Part shown: positions 8,204-8,675 of the stretch, in pieces | Position numbering within the stretch: position 1 is the stretch's first letter | Layout of the letters: the number at the start of each line of letters is the position of its first letter | NCBI GenBank assembly: GCA_051294375.1 | Contig: JBJCIZ010000487.1 | Span: 1-8,675 of the forward strand | Origin: Paraspadella gotoi | Lineage: Eukaryota; Animalia; Chaetognatha | DNA: 8,675 bases | Direction: 5' to 3' | Made by a program: the position numbers and the translations under genes | The notes under the pieces: model-generated | The model's database searches: none | What the model saw: the letters and a program-made list of their open reading frames with translations, nothing else | Told to the model about the DNA's origin: nothing

Positions 8204-8675
8204 ATTAATTATTTAAGTGAAAAAATTATGCATATTGAAAAAATGCGTTTTTATGTGTTTTCTAAGATTGCAAATAATTCACCTTTAGATATATCGGAAA
8301 CTTCATATTTTATGAAAAGGCTTGTGATCGCTGGATTGGTGATAGAGGCAACCTTTCTATTCAAAAACAAATAAGAAAGAGTCTTTAAACTTTATATATA
8401 TTTGTTGAGTTTGTATTAAATTTTTTGTTATTCCTTGCCCAGGACTTCTAACACTACTCAATCTACTACAGATACTCGATTCGTCAAGTCCTGGGCTTCG
8501 TCTACTTGGCTGAGACTTTGTCGTCATTTCATCACTTGAGCGTCTTGACCGGAGCCATCGCCTCTTCTGCGCCATTATCTTCGAATTCCTCTTGTTTTGA
8601 TAGCGCAGAATTAGCTCAGGAAGTTAGTCGTCAGCGACAGCCACCTCTACGAACATAGTTCAATAAATAGAGAAA

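Noticed and set aside
7837-8374. Three long ORFs across the N run
   Set aside because: Artefacts of translating the assembly gap.
8357-8575. 72-aa Ser/Arg-rich minus-strand ORF
   Set aside because: Low complexity, runs into AT-rich sequence, and has no recognisable homology or splice structure.

Overview
Very AT-rich eukaryotic (invertebrate-like) genomic DNA with two assembly gaps (7340-7364 and 7901-8203). None of the supplied ORFs is a complete gene. The real coding content is three copies of a small two-exon gene (phase-2 GT-AG intron) for a secreted cysteine-rich peptide. The consensus reconstructed from the three copies is about 83 aa: MKIIVLGLCFFAIMMVNG-HGQYQVPGNTYETCNGLTTEGVSVCHRYCS^CQHLLDTSHCQELGNGFYQCQCSGR(R/K)QTILSQSYC*. 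It carries the CS-alpha/beta (cis-defensin) signature C...CxxxC...C...CxC plus an extra Cys pair placed as in theromacin-type macins. Copy 1 (+, 1-371, 5'-truncated by the window) and copy 2 (-, 4309-4720) sit tail-to-tail at the ends of a ~4.7 kb imperfect palindrome (arms 1-2056 and 2199-4677, ~140 bp spacer). Copy 3 (-, 7055-7338) lies in a further ~1.1 kb duplicated block that begins exactly at the end of a Helentron/DINE-1-like non-autonomous element. Many single-base indels suggest poorly polished long-read sequence, so frameshifts and even copy number need checking. However, shared substitutions and 60-90 bp indels show that at least two really different paralogues or alleles are present.
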